From an uncultured Acidobacteriaceae bacterium (GTDB lineage Bacteria; Acidobacteriota; Terriglobia; Bryobacterales; Bryobacteraceae), in contig CAVSTJ010000002.1 in the NCBI GenBank assembly GCA_963730795.1, positions 17,007 to 81,006 on the forward strand: 64,000 bases of DNA. Direction: 5' to 3'. The position numbers and the translations under genes are program-made. The first letter of the stretch is position 1. Every line of letters begins with the position of its first letter. Of this stretch, positions 54,743 to 64,000 are shown one piece after another. A model generated the notes under the pieces. It worked only from the letters and a program-made list of their open reading frames with translations. It did no database searches and was not told where the DNA came from.

Positions 54743-54883
54743 GGTCTTTTGTAGGACAACTGTGAGTACAGAATCATGCGCGTAACCCCCTCTGTTGTTT
54801 TCAAGCTCTCAGAAGGTTACCATTGATGGCGATCGGTCCCACAGAGGACGATAAGTTTCTCAATCAACGAAAAAAACGTAATT

Positions 54884-54910
54884 GGTCAGTTAGAAAACGA
54901 ATGACTGACC
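54884..54910 (-). terminator. hairpin GGTCAGT-N13-ACTGACC flanked by A7 / T-runs (possible terminator downstream of 55179..55574)
   Basis: Read directly from the sequence. On the minus strand the T7 run starts 8 nt after the stem, so this is not a canonical intrinsic terminator. Confidence 0.25.
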
Positions 54911-55178
54911 TTTACTGAAAGTAATTGCTTACAATCTAGCGTCCGGAGCGTATCCTAGTAAAACCATGGCGGTCACGCGGCAAGTAATTACTTCGCTGTT
55001 ATTCGACCTGATGAGCGATGAAGTAATGCTTACGACCTCAGCATCCCTTCAGGGCATCACCAAACTCCGCCTTCCTGAAGGGCCAGAATTATGACCCATG
55101 TGTCGGAAGCTTTAAGTAACAGCAAGTCGAACTTATGCGGCCTCACAGTGCTTACCGGATAGGACCTCATTGGCCCAA

Positions 55179-55574
55179 TCAATCGTTCGTCGTTAACAGT
55201 CGAAGTTCGTCTTCTAATTCGACGATCCGATCTTGGAAGACCCTGCCCGCTTTGGGATCCGCTGCCCGGGCCAGATTCTGACGAGCCGTTTCGATGCGCT
55301 TTTTCAGGCGACCGATCTGCTTGCTGTTATCGGGCTTCGGCTGTTGCCGGGTTGCTAGTGGCTTCGAACGGGGCTTTCGGGACTTCAGCGAGGTCGGCCT
55401 GATTCTATAGTTAAAGACCTCCTTCAATTCCTTCTGGATGCCTGTAGCTTCGCCCATCAATGCATGGTACTTCTCTATGAGCTCCTGCCTCGCGGCCTTT
55501 TCAAGTTCCCGGATCGTTTCTTTCGCCGCCCGATACTTCTCAAGCGTCGAGTCGTCTGGTTTCTGTTGCGCCAT
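55179..55574 (-). CDS. hypothetical small basic coiled-coil protein (131 aa)
   Basis: ATG 55574 has GGAG 4-5 nt upstream. Lys/Arg/Glu-rich heptad-like sequence (EKYRAAKETIRELEKAARQELIEKYHAL...RIVELEDELRLL). No family recognised. Confidence 0.35.
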   Translation of the reverse strand: MAQQKPDDSTLEKYRAAKETIRELEKAARQELIEKYHALMGEATGIQKELKEVFNYRIRPTSLKSRKPRSKPLATRQQPKPDNSKQIGRLKKRIETARQNLARAADPKAGRVFQDRIVELEDELRLLTTND

Positions 55575-55639
55575 GCTCTCCTGTCGTTTGTTCTTGCGTT
55601 GGCAATTCGCCTCAGTATCTCTCGCTCCAGAAAATGCGG

Positions 55640-55992
55640 CACGAATCCGGCATGATTGTCTGGTGATCAATCCGTCCGACTCTCTCACGCCAATGCGGGG
55701 CGGCCCTTGGTCCGTGATGTACCAACTTCCAATCAATCCGCGTTTACCGTGCAAATGACAAAAGCGGGCGCGCTTCTGAAAGACAAGACCTTCCCCGCCG
55801 AACAGGCCGGGCGTGTTTGCCACCGAAATGGAATCGACAGCGGTACTGTTTGCGCCTTCTCTTGAATAGATCGGCTTCCGTACATAGGAAGTAATGCTTC
55901 GTGGGGCCGTCGAGATAGCTTTCGAGCAAATCGGGATGGCCGGGGAAATCCGCCCCAAGATGAGCAGCATCGCCTTTTTTTGACCAGGGCAT
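55640..55992 (-). pseudogene. 3' remnant of a glutathionylspermidine-synthase-like (YgiC/YjfC family) gene, frameshifted and 5'-truncated
   Basis: The remnant is spread over three frames: DFPGHPDLLESYL, then YVRKPIYSREGANS...GEGLVFQ...LIGSWYITDQGPPRIGVRESDGLIT, then GFVPHF. Only about the last third of the family is present. Confidence 0.45.
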
Positions 55993-56391
55993 CTTCTAAG
56001 CTGGCTCCCTCACACCGTAGCCGCGAAGCTCTCTGCGATTTTGTCCTTGCTCCCCTATCAGCCGTCGACTGAAGATAAGGCCGCGTTGATAGCCTTTTCA
56101 GAGTCTATGAGGGAAGATTGAGTTTGGGTCAGTGGTTGAGACCGGCCCGGGAATCACCAATCCGCATGGGTTTTCCTGTTCTTAAAGAGCCGTATTAGTG
56201 CACTCCTGAGGGTAGTCTTGAGGAAAAGTTTGTAAGAAAAAACATCTCCAACGCCGGGCATTAGCCCTTCGAAGCATGCGTCATAATCGAACTCGTGGAA
56301 ATCCGCCTCAAGGACATTGGGCTAGCCGCCGAATTGGCTTTGTCGCTTGTTGAAAAGAGATGGTTCGGTGCCCGAAGGACGAGGATCGTGC

Positions 56392-58386
56392 GTGAATAGA
56401 AGAAAGTTTCTCACGAGCTCGATGAGCGCCAGCGCGGCGGTCCCGGTGTCCGCTGCGTATAACCGGCTCCTCTCAGGCCCGCTGCTCCCGAGCGCTGCTC
56501 CGACCACGGAGGAAGCGAGAGTCGCTGTCCTGCTCGTCGATACGGACAGAGTCACGAGTCGCATCGACGAGCGAATTTACGGCCAATTTCTTGAGCATAT
56601 TAACCATTCAGTGGAGGACGGGCTCTTCGCCGAACAGATTCGCGGCGCTGGGTTCGAGGGCGAAGACTTCAAGATCTATTGGGAATCGTTCTCGGATCGG
56701 GGCAGAGTCGAGATCGCCGACGTTGAGTTCCAGAACGGGAAACAGAGCGTACGTCTCGAAGTCGGCGGCGGCCATGCGGGCATCCGGCAAGGTCGCATTT
56801 TTCTCGACGCAGGATTCAAGTATGATGGCTCGCTGTGGGTCAAACGCGACGAAGGCTCTCCGCAGTTTACGCTTCGCGTCCAAACGTCCCAAGGTAGTTC
56901 GATCGCTTCGATACCGCTCGCCGTCACGGACTCGGGTTGGCAGGAGATCCCTTTTTCATTCACTAGCGCTGTGCGGGATACACAAGCATCGATCGAGATT
57001 GCTGCAGCAGGTAATGGCACGCTCTTGCTCGATTTCGTTTCAATGATGCGCGCCGACGTCCGCCGCGACGGCATGCTCCGCCCAGACCTGCTGCAAGCAC
57101 TCCGTGATCTCCGTCCGTCCTTCCTCCGCTGGCCTGGCGGATCCTTCGCTTCTACATACAAATGGAAAGAGGGCGTCGGCCGCTATGCCGCGCGTGGATA
57201 CCATCCCAACACTTTCTGGGGCGGCTACTCAGATTACTTCGGATTTGGAACGGATGAGTTTCTGGGGCTTTGCCGGAAGCTCAACGCCGAACCTCTGATT
57301 ACGTTGGCGGCGCCCGGCACGAACCCTGAGCAAGTCGAATACGCCATGGAGTGGGTCCACTATCTGAACGACCCGCCCACCACCGCTTTGGGAAAGCTTC
57401 GGGCATCCAACGGACATCCCGAGCCCTACGGAGTGAAGTTGTTCCAGATCGACAACGAACCCATGAACAACGGCTTCACGGCCGAGAAGTATGCGGAGAT
57501 CGTCAACGTCTACGGTAGACGGCTGCGGGCTATTGCTCCCGAAGCGCGCATCGTCGCATGCGGGCAAAAGCGGTCCAACGATATGCGCTGGAGCGAGACA
57601 GTCATCGACCTCGCGGGGGAGAACTTCGACGTACTTGGGTGTCACAACTACGAATACGAGCCCGAGAACTTCGAGACAGGGCTGAGGCGCATCCGTGACT
57701 ACCTCACAAAGCTGCGAGACTATGTCCGTTCCTCCAAGCATCCGCGCATAGAGATCGGTGTCCTGGAGTGGAGCCTACAGCAGACCCATGATTGGCGAGC
57801 GGGACTCCATGCGGCCGGTAGCCTTATGCTCTATGAGGAACTCAGCCCTGGTCTGACGATGACTTGCCCCGCCCTGCTCATGCGAAATACGACGGACGAT
57901 CCAACCTGGACTTCGTTCATCTATCACGATCACGTCTCGTGGTTCCCAGCCAATGGCTATGTGGTCGAAAAGCTCTTTCGCGAGCATTACGCGCAACGCT
58001 ACCTTGCCTCCTCCACCGGATCCTTCCGGGACATTCCCGACCGGAAGCGATTATTTGACCAGATCTCGACGATGAAGCCGGAAGACTGGCTACCCGGCTC
58101 GGTAGACGCCATCGCCACGGCAAGCTCTGACGAACAACGCCTGATCGTCAAGGCGGTTAATTATCGAGCGGAGCGGAACATCCTACTCGTGCGACTTCAG
58201 GGGGCCGGCGTTCCCGACAAAGCTGTCGCGAGATTACATACAATCAGCGCAGGTCTGAAGGATTCTGCGTCCCTGGAGCATCCGGATGCGATCACTCCGA
58301 TTACGCGACCGTTGAATTACGCGAAAGACTTCTCCGTGGATCTGGAACCCTATACCGTGGCCGTGGTCGAGATCCGCGCGGAATGA
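56392..58386 (+). CDS. Tat-secreted GH51-like glycoside hydrolase with N-terminal CBM-like domain (paralog of 12469..14649)
   Basis: Twin-arginine signal VNRRKFLTSSMSASAAVPVSAAY. LRWPGGSFASTYKWKEGVG, FQIDNEPMN and GVLEWS motifs. GTG 56392 has GAGGA 7 nt upstream. The track ORF starts at TTG 56347. Confidence 0.7.
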   Translation: MNRRKFLTSSMSASAAVPVSAAYNRLLSGPLLPSAAPTTEEARVAVLLVDTDRVTSRIDERIYGQFLEHINHSVEDGLFAEQIRGAGFEGEDFKIYWESFSDRGRVEIADVEFQNGKQSVRLEVGGGHAGIRQGRIFLDAGFKYDGSLWVKRDEGSPQFTLRVQTSQGSSIASIPLAVTDSGWQEIPFSFTSAVRDTQASIEIAAAGNGTLLLDFVSMMRADVRRDGMLRPDLLQALRDLRPSFLRWPGGSFASTYKWKEGVGRYAARGYHPNTFWGGYSDYFGFGTDEFLGLCRKLNAEPLITLAAPGTNPEQVEYAMEWVHYLNDPPTTALGKLRASNGHPEPYGVKLFQIDNEPMNNGFTAEKYAEIVNVYGRRLRAIAPEARIVACGQKRSNDMRWSETVIDLAGENFDVLGCHNYEYEPENFETGLRRIRDYLTKLRDYVRSSKHPRIEIGVLEWSLQQTHDWRAGLHAAGSLMLYEELSPGLTMTCPALLMRNTTDDPTWTSFIYHDHVSWFPANGYVVEKLFREHYAQRYLASSTGSFRDIPDRKRLFDQISTMKPEDWLPGSVDAIATASSDEQRLIVKAVNYRAERNILLVRLQGAGVPDKAVARLHTISAGLKDSASLEHPDAITPITRPLNYAKDFSVDLEPYTVAVVEIRAE

Positions 58387-58619
58387 GCTATCGTGAGCTG
58401 AGTTGAACTTTTTAATCTCCGCCTGCACAGACTCCCCCGACAAGTAACTCAAAAGCTGAGCGCAACGCAGCACTGACGGTGTTCTCGCAAGGGACAAGAA
58501 AGACGTTTTTCGAGCTTCCGCGGCTTTCCATTATCTGAGCGAGACTGTTCAGGCCCTGCACAACACTGGCATAATTGGCCGCATTCACAACTGATGCGGT
58601 AACAACCGCTCCTGTCTTC

Positions 58620-59280
58620 TCGAAAGCGGAATCCGATGCTGCTGCTCTATCACGCGTTCGATGTCGCCGTCCGTGTAAGTGTGGAACGCTTTGTACTGGA
58701 CCTTCTCGAGCAGGCCTCCACTGGTCGACACCCACGTTCTTGACCGGTGTTGGTTTCAGCCACGAATCGGCGCTACACGCGAGTCTCTGGCTGGCCGTTG
58801 TTTACGCCTTGATGACGACCATAGGGCTGATGATCGTCGATCGTGTGAACGCCGGCGCCTATCGCTATCGATGTTGCCAGCGCTGCCCTCGCACTCGCCG
58901 CCTTTGCTGCTGCGTTCCTCTTTCACGTGGCAAACAAGCGGAATGCCTGGATAGTGGTTGCCTGCCTTGTCGTTTACATGTTCTTCAACGCCGGCGGAAT
59001 TCAGGTGGTAGGCTGGCTGTCCGGCTCCGAGATGTATCCGCTTTCCGTTCGCGGAGCAGGCACCAGCAGCCGTCGTGTGGGCCGACCTGCTGGTGACCGT
59101 GATTGCGCTCAGCTTAATCCATCGGCTCACCGAAGGAGGCACAATGCTGGTATACGCAGGGATGAATGTGGTCGCCTGGATCTTCACCTATCCGCGTGTT
59201 CCGGAAAACCGCGGGCAAAAGCCTCGAAGACATAGAGCAAATGCTTCAGCGCGGAGAATTTCGTCCTTAGAGGTTCAATG
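58620..59280 (+). pseudogene. 3' remnant of an MFS sugar-porter gene with multiple frameshifts
   Basis: The remnant is spread over three frames: LLEQASTG; FLTGVGFSHESALHASLWLAVVYALMTTIGLMIVDRV; AWIVVACLVVYMFFNAGGIQVVGWLSGSEMYPLSVRGAGTS; WADLLVTVIALSLI...VAWIFTYPRVPE; GKSLEDIEQMLQRGEFRP*. Only the TM7-12 equivalent is present. Confidence 0.5.
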
Positions 59281-59299
59281 ATGGCAGGATGTGTACTAA

Positions 59300-59995
59300 G
59301 TGATCGATGAGATTGACTTGATCATCTTCGATTGCGACGGTGTGTTGATTGAGAGCGAGATCGTTGTCTGCCGGATCGCGGCCCAGGAACTGACGCGTCT
59401 GGGTTACCCGATTACAACAGAACAGGTGATCGACAGGTTCGCGGGAAGGCCGGATCGCGAGATGCGGGCCGAGATCGAAGCGGAAATGCGTCGGCCATTA
59501 CCGGAGGAATACAAAGCTCTCGTCGATCGTCGGACGGAAGAGGCTTATGCGCAAGAACTGAAGATCATGGCGGGAGTCCACGAGGCTCTTGACGCTATTC
59601 ATAAGCCCATCTGTGTCGCCTCCAGCAGTTGCCCGGAGAAGCTCAAGATGGGGTTGCAGCAGGTTGGTCTTTACGACCGGTTCGCGCCGAACGTGATCAG
59701 CGCGACCTCTGTGGCGCGCGGCAAGCCAGAACCCGACATCTTTATTTTTGCGGCCGGGTGGATGCATGTTCCTCCAGCAAGATGCCTGGTCATTGAGGAT
59801 AGTGTTCCTGGGGTTCGCTCCGCCGTTCGCGCCGGCATGCGGGTGTTCGGATTTACAGGCGGCGCCCACAGTCGGCCGGGCCATGCGGAGTCGCTAACCA
59901 GTGCAGGTGCGGAGCTCGTGTTCGGGCAGATGAGTAAACTCCCGGATCTGGTACACGCCGTCGAAGACCTTTCGACTAAGCTAGTCGACGTATGA
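59300..59995 (+). CDS. HAD-IA family hydrolase (beta-phosphoglucomutase-like phosphatase)
   Basis: Motif I IIFDCDGVLIESE, motif II VASSS, and K...EDSVPGVRSA (motifs III/IV). Confidence 0.85.
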   Translation: MIDEIDLIIFDCDGVLIESEIVVCRIAAQELTRLGYPITTEQVIDRFAGRPDREMRAEIEAEMRRPLPEEYKALVDRRTEEAYAQELKIMAGVHEALDAIHKPICVASSSCPEKLKMGLQQVGLYDRFAPNVISATSVARGKPEPDIFIFAAGWMHVPPARCLVIEDSVPGVRSAVRAGMRVFGFTGGAHSRPGHAESLTSAGAELVFGQMSKLPDLVHAVEDLSTKLVDV

Positions 59996-60174
59996 ACGCC
60001 GTGCGCGCGACGCTCGCTTGCTCCGCAGAGCACTCCCCAGCAGCATCCTACTCCGGTGGTGAGAACCGGACGCTTGGGCTGCCTGCACATAGTAGCTTCG
60101 GTTGCGCAGCAAATGCTGCCCACAGGCGCGGAGCAAAGAACGCTGAAGCGACAGCCTCTAGAGAAGATCTGGCT

Positions 60175-63100
60175 TCAGAACGTAAACCGTAACCCGTACT
60201 GCCATCTCCGCATCTGAGACAAGGTTGCTAAGCCGGTGATTTTCCCGGCTGTCGGGCTATCGACCTGGGTATTAGGTTGCCCAAGGTTGACGTGATTGAA
60301 AGCGTTAAATAATTCGGCCCGGAATTGCGCCGTCACCCGTTCTGTGACGTAGAGGGTCTTATTAAGTGACGCGTCCGCGTTGAACATTCGCGGTCCGAAG
60401 AATCCGTCACGAGTGGCGTTTCCGAACGTTCCTGCGGCAGGCCGGCTCCAGGGTCCTCGCGTGCAGCCATTTGCGTTCAGTTCCGCAGTGGCGGTTCCGC
60501 TTGCGATACATCCCGTTCCGGACGTTCCCGCGGTCGCAGTCGCAAACCATTGATCCCTGGTGGGGTTGGCTATGTTCGGATTTCCGACAAGGTTAGGACG
60601 GCATGGACCGGTATCCTCATCCTTACCGCAATCCAGATAAGAGGGCGTGAAGGGTATCCCCGACTCGTACAGCCACACACCGGACAATTGCCAACCGCCA
60701 ACAAGAGCCTCCGTCAATCGTGATGCTCCGCTCATGTAGTGGTGACCCTTGCCGAACGGAAGCTCATAGACATGGGTAAAGTTGAAGACGAACCGCCGAA
60801 CCCCACCCTCACGTCCGTAGTCGATGTCGTGATTCCAGAAATAGTAATCGTTGGCGTAGTCGAAGGCGCTGGCCCACGTAAAATTCCCCTGGAACGTCAA
60901 ACCGTTCGAGAAACGTTTTTCGCCGCGCAACTGCAACGAATTGAACTTTACGGTAGAGTCGTCGGCAAAATACTTGATGGTCTGCGTCCAGCCGTACGTC
61001 GGGTAGAAGAATCTCCGCTGATTGGTGCTGAGAGTCCCGAATCCGACGATGCTGGGCTGATTGATGTTGTAATTCGTTCCGCCTGCCGTCACGTGATAGC
61101 CATGGTTCCCGACATAAGCAACCGAAACCACAGCGTTTGAAGCGAGCTGGTGTTCCACCGAGATGTTCCACGCGTCGATGGTTGGCAGCCGGATGGTGTT
61201 GTTCGAAGAAATCGGCAGCACGTTGGGAGAGATGCCGTTGGGCAATATCGGATTGCCCGTGGCCCCCTTAGGCGCTGTCGCCAGGATCGAACTCGGATCG
61301 AGCGAAGGCGGCCCTTGCGATAGCGTGAAGACCGGAAGCCAGGGATTGGCGGGATTCAGCGACTGATTCGCCAATACCGGCACATTCTGCGTCACGTTGT
61401 GCCCGAAAGAAACGCCGAACACTCCCACGTCGTAGGAACGGCCATAGCCGGCGCGAACAACCGTATTTTTTCCTGTCTGATAAGCCAGTCCGACGCGTGG
61501 CGCAAATTGCGTCAAGCTAGCCCCCATATTTCCATTCAGCCCGATCCCGTTTTGGCCGACGACCCGAACCTCTCCGGTCGAAAGGCTTTGGAATGCGCCT
61601 TTATTCGGGCCGTTCACGTACTGCGGGAAGTAAATTTCCCAACGCAGTCCGTAATTCAGGGTTAGCTTCGGTGTAAGGCGCCAAGTGTCCTGAACGTATG
61701 TGAAGAAGCGATGCTGGCGTTCGGCCGCATCCGTCGCATTGCTGACATACCGGGTAAACGAATTCACATCGCCCAGTAGATACGAAGCGAGCGACAGTCC
61801 GCCGCCATTGGGCCCTTGCGTAGTGCTCGGGTCAAACGTTAACTCACCGGCACGGTGAGAGTCGCTCGGTATTCGCAGATTCATGGCATAGCGGAAATCC
61901 GCGCCGAACTTTGTGGAATGGTTCCCGTACTGGTGGGTTACGTTACCGACCCACTGGAATTCATTCTCCTGCTCGTCCAGCGGGCAGTTACAGGAATTGG
62001 TGCCCAGAGCATATCCAAACCGGAAGCCGCCGGTAGCAGTTCCGCCCGTGCCCTGCAGATTAAAGTAAGGCATGCCGGACGTGTAGACAGGGTCGTTGTT
62101 CAATCCGGGTATGCCTGCGTCCTTGGCGGGAGTCGTGCCCAAGCCGTTCGGATTCACTGCGACACGATAGCGGAAAAAACCAAATCGAAAGTCAGCGAGC
62201 CAATCAGGGCGAATAATGTAATCGATACCGTAAGACAGGCTCTGGTCGCGAAGGAATGACGAAGCAGCGTACGTTGTAGTGGCAAAGCTGGGCCCCCCGG
62301 CCTCAAATCCAAAGGCGCCCGGAATTGCCTGGTCAACCTGTAGAAAGCTGTACCTGCCGAACATATGCATCTTTTCCGTCTGATACCGGTCAATCCGTAC
62401 GTCGTAGCCGTCCCAATTCACGATTCCACTTCCCGATGCGCTGTAGTTCGGATTCGATCCCACTGCGTTGGGAACATTCGGCAAAGGTATGAAATTGTTC
62501 AGTAAATACAAAGCTTGCGGCGACAACTGCGACGTGGGGATTTGCCGGCCGACATATGCCTGACGCTGCGCGGGTGTCAGGCAAGTGGTTCCCGTACATC
62601 CGGGATTGAAAAAGTCCGTTGTCAGGTCGCTCAGATCGCCGGCGCGTTCCGCGGCGGTCGGCACGCGAGTCAACAAAGAGCCGCTGTTCTTTTGTCGTGT
62701 GCCCTGGTAATCCGTGAAAAAGAATGTCTTGTCTTTTTGTATCTTTCCACCGACTGACCCGCCGAATTGATTCCACACGTTTGGCGGGATAAACACCCCA
62801 TTCGTTCCAGTGATAGCCGTACTTTGCGAGAAAGGATCCCGGGCGGCGCCCCGTTGATCGCGGCGATACCAAAAGCCCGAGCCGTGGAGATCATTGCTGC
62901 CCGACTTTGTCGTGACCGAAATGATAGCCTGGCTCGCTTGTCCGAACTCCGCGTCATAGGCAGTGGTCGTGATTTTCAACTCCGAAGTGGCATCGAGGTT
63001 GGGCGTGATGATCGGCTCACCCAACACAGAATCACGATTATCCGTGCCGTCCAACTGGAACGAGATGCCGCCCCAATATTGCCCTCCGATTGAAGGACGA

Positions 63101-63642
63101 AAGGTGTCCTGGGGCTGCTCGTTCGCGCCAGTCGTACCGGTGGCTTGCACGCCCGGCACCAGGAAATACAAACGGCTCATATCGCGCCCGAGTACCGGTA
63201 TCTCGGAAACCGTCTTCGTGCTTAAGGTGTCCGAGACTTCGCCCTTCTCCGTTTTGAGGAGCGGAGCTTCTCCGGTTACATTCACGGTCTCGCCTACGCT
63301 GCCTACCACGAGTTGTGCGTTCACCTGGGTAGTGGAATCTACTTCGACCTTTACATTCTTCTGAAGATAGGCCTGGAAGCCGGGTGCCTCCACGCGAACT
63401 TCATAGACGCCCGCAATGAGATGGGTCTGGGTGTAGTTGCCGGAGTCATTGGTTATGGTGCTAAAGTTAACGCCCTTTCCGGTATCGGCGATCGTAACAG
63501 CCGCCTTGACAACCGCAGCACCCGACGGGTCAGTTATGGTGCCAACGATGCCCCCATACACTGCTTGTGCCCTGAGACTCGCCCCTTGCAGCAAGCCCAT
63601 TAACAGCAGTAGTGTTCGTACGTTGAACAGCTGATTCCTCAT
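60175..63642 (-). CDS. TonB-dependent receptor with N-terminal carboxypeptidase-regulatory-like domain
   Basis: Start ATG 63642 (MRNQLFNVRTLLLLMGLLQGASLRAQA) has AGAGG upstream. CarboxypepD_reg-like GTITDPSGAAVVKAAVTIADTGKG...GVYEVRVEAPGFQ. Plug and beta-barrel-length body. C-terminal YGLRFTF ends in an aromatic residue. Confidence 0.85.
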   Translation of the reverse strand: MRNQLFNVRTLLLLMGLLQGASLRAQAVYGGIVGTITDPSGAAVVKAAVTIADTGKGVNFSTITNDSGNYTQTHLIAGVYEVRVEAPGFQAYLQKNVKVEVDSTTQVNAQLVVGSVGETVNVTGEAPLLKTEKGEVSDTLSTKTVSEIPVLGRDMSRLYFLVPGVQATGTTGANEQPQDTFRPSIGGQYWGGISFQLDGTDNRDSVLGEPIITPNLDATSELKITTTAYDAEFGQASQAIISVTTKSGSNDLHGSGFWYRRDQRGAARDPFSQSTAITGTNGVFIPPNVWNQFGGSVGGKIQKDKTFFFTDYQGTRQKNSGSLLTRVPTAAERAGDLSDLTTDFFNPGCTGTTCLTPAQRQAYVGRQIPTSQLSPQALYLLNNFIPLPNVPNAVGSNPNYSASGSGIVNWDGYDVRIDRYQTEKMHMFGRYSFLQVDQAIPGAFGFEAGGPSFATTTYAASSFLRDQSLSYGIDYIIRPDWLADFRFGFFRYRVAVNPNGLGTTPAKDAGIPGLNNDPVYTSGMPYFNLQGTGGTATGGFRFGYALGTNSCNCPLDEQENEFQWVGNVTHQYGNHSTKFGADFRYAMNLRIPSDSHRAGELTFDPSTTQGPNGGGLSLASYLLGDVNSFTRYVSNATDAAERQHRFFTYVQDTWRLTPKLTLNYGLRWEIYFPQYVNGPNKGAFQSLSTGEVRVVGQNGIGLNGNMGASLTQFAPRVGLAYQTGKNTVVRAGYGRSYDVGVFGVSFGHNVTQNVPVLANQSLNPANPWLPVFTLSQGPPSLDPSSILATAPKGATGNPILPNGISPNVLPISSNNTIRLPTIDAWNISVEHQLASNAVVSVAYVGNHGYHVTAGGTNYNINQPSIVGFGTLSTNQRRFFYPTYGWTQTIKYFADDSTVKFNSLQLRGEKRFSNGLTFQGNFTWASAFDYANDYYFWNHDIDYGREGGVRRFVFNFTHVYELPFGKGHHYMSGASRLTEALVGGWQLSGVWLYESGIPFTPSYLDCGKDEDTGPCRPNLVGNPNIANPTRDQWFATATAGTSGTGCIASGTATAELNANGCTRGPWSRPAAGTFGNATRDGFFGPRMFNADASLNKTLYVTERVTAQFRAELFNAFNHVNLGQPNTQVDSPTAGKITGLATLSQMRRWQYGLRFTF

Positions 63643-64000
63643 ACTTAGCCTCTTTTCAGACGGTTGGTCGAAGCGGCCAACTAAAGTTGCCCCAAAAGCG
63701 CAGCGGAAAATAGTATATATCAACAGTAATAAGAATCAAGTACCCGCAGTTAGATATCCCGACGCATCTAAAACGACAATGCGCGGCACACTCGCCAACT
63801 TTTCCGACAGGATCACTATCCTGATCGCGGAGAACAAAATCCTGCGGTCGGATTTGCCTCGTCGGTTCGCGTCGTCGGCGATCTCAACGGCAGATTGGCC
63901 GCTCCATCGAATTCCTGACATGGTTTGAGGCGCCTGGCAGCCTCCGGTTGTCTTGATATTCACCAAGCCCGCTCCACTCAAAGTAAACTGATCATCGGCA

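Noticed and set aside
55993-56346. Possible further coding remnant on the minus strand (a 57-codon open stretch encoding ...DFHEFDYDACFEGLMPGVGDVFSYKLFLK...)
   Set aside because: It has no start codon, I could not assign a family, and it is too short to separate from chance.
56608-57996. Minus-strand ORFs 56608..56892, 56676..57161, 57229..57741 and 57775..57996
   Set aside because: They are antisense to the GH51-like gene, which has a Tat signal and catalytic motifs.
58412-59187. Minus-strand ORFs 58412..58735 and 58756..59187
   Set aside because: They are antisense to recognisable sugar-porter peptide blocks on the plus strand and have no motif of their own.
63736-63981. 81-aa minus-strand ORF at the right edge
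   Set aside because: It has a TTG start, no RBS that I could see and no recognisable motif. There is too little evidence to call it a gene.
1-64000. CRISPR arrays, tRNA/rRNA genes, IS elements, integrases, prophage or defence-system genes
   Set aside because: I scanned the intergenic regions (459-653, 4100-4419, 19409-19668, 20824-21143, 50341-50646, 51241-51522, 54743-55178, 55993-56346) and the ORF translations. I found no repeat-spacer periodicity, cloverleaf-like sequence, transposase/recombinase motif or nuclease/NTPase defence signature.

Overview
This is a GC-rich bacterial chromosome segment. The gene content (a very long TonB-dependent receptor with a carboxypeptidase-regulatory-like N-terminus, a Wzx/Wzy polysaccharide locus, several secreted beta-propellers) suggests Acidobacteriota, but that is inference only. 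The window has three blocks. (1) 1-19.4 kb is a Wzx/Wzy-dependent exopolysaccharide/O-antigen-type locus. It holds a partial rfbF at the left edge (absent from the ORF track), a flippase, a methyltransferase and a class II aldolase. These are followed by a 10-gene plus-strand operon with several 4-nt start/stop overlaps: WbaP-type initiating transferase, three GT4, one GT2, B12-radical SAM, Wza, Wzc-like protein with a degenerate kinase, GH51-like hydrolase and Wzy. gmd closes the block. (2) 19.7-52.7 kb holds a ~26.6-kb co-directional minus-strand array headed by a NusG paralog and a 306-nt leader. It encodes a 2901-aa ER'-ER-KS-AT-ACP-ACP-KR-DH synthase and a KS-AT-DH-PPTase synthase. Downstream come an ACP, phosphodiesterase, alpha/beta hydrolase, SDR, three GT1 glycosyltransferases, a secreted propeller/FN3 protein, sulfotransferase, ACP and FabH. 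A convergent PapA/condensation-type acyltransferase, an SDR and an acyltransferase-3 gene lie beside the array. Two paralogous secreted beta-propeller genes bracket the block. I read it as a Pfa/Hgl-like 'secondary lipid' cluster for a sulfated glycolipid of unknown structure. Seven frame disruptions, all net +1, hit six genes between 26.6 and 38.0 kb, while the ~12-kb synthase core is intact. (3) 52.7-64 kb holds cysC, a PHP phosphatase gene with two in-frame stops and a frameshift, two gene remnants, a second GH51-like gene, a HAD hydrolase and a TonB-dependent receptor. I recognised no rRNA, tRNA, CRISPR array, transposase or integrase.
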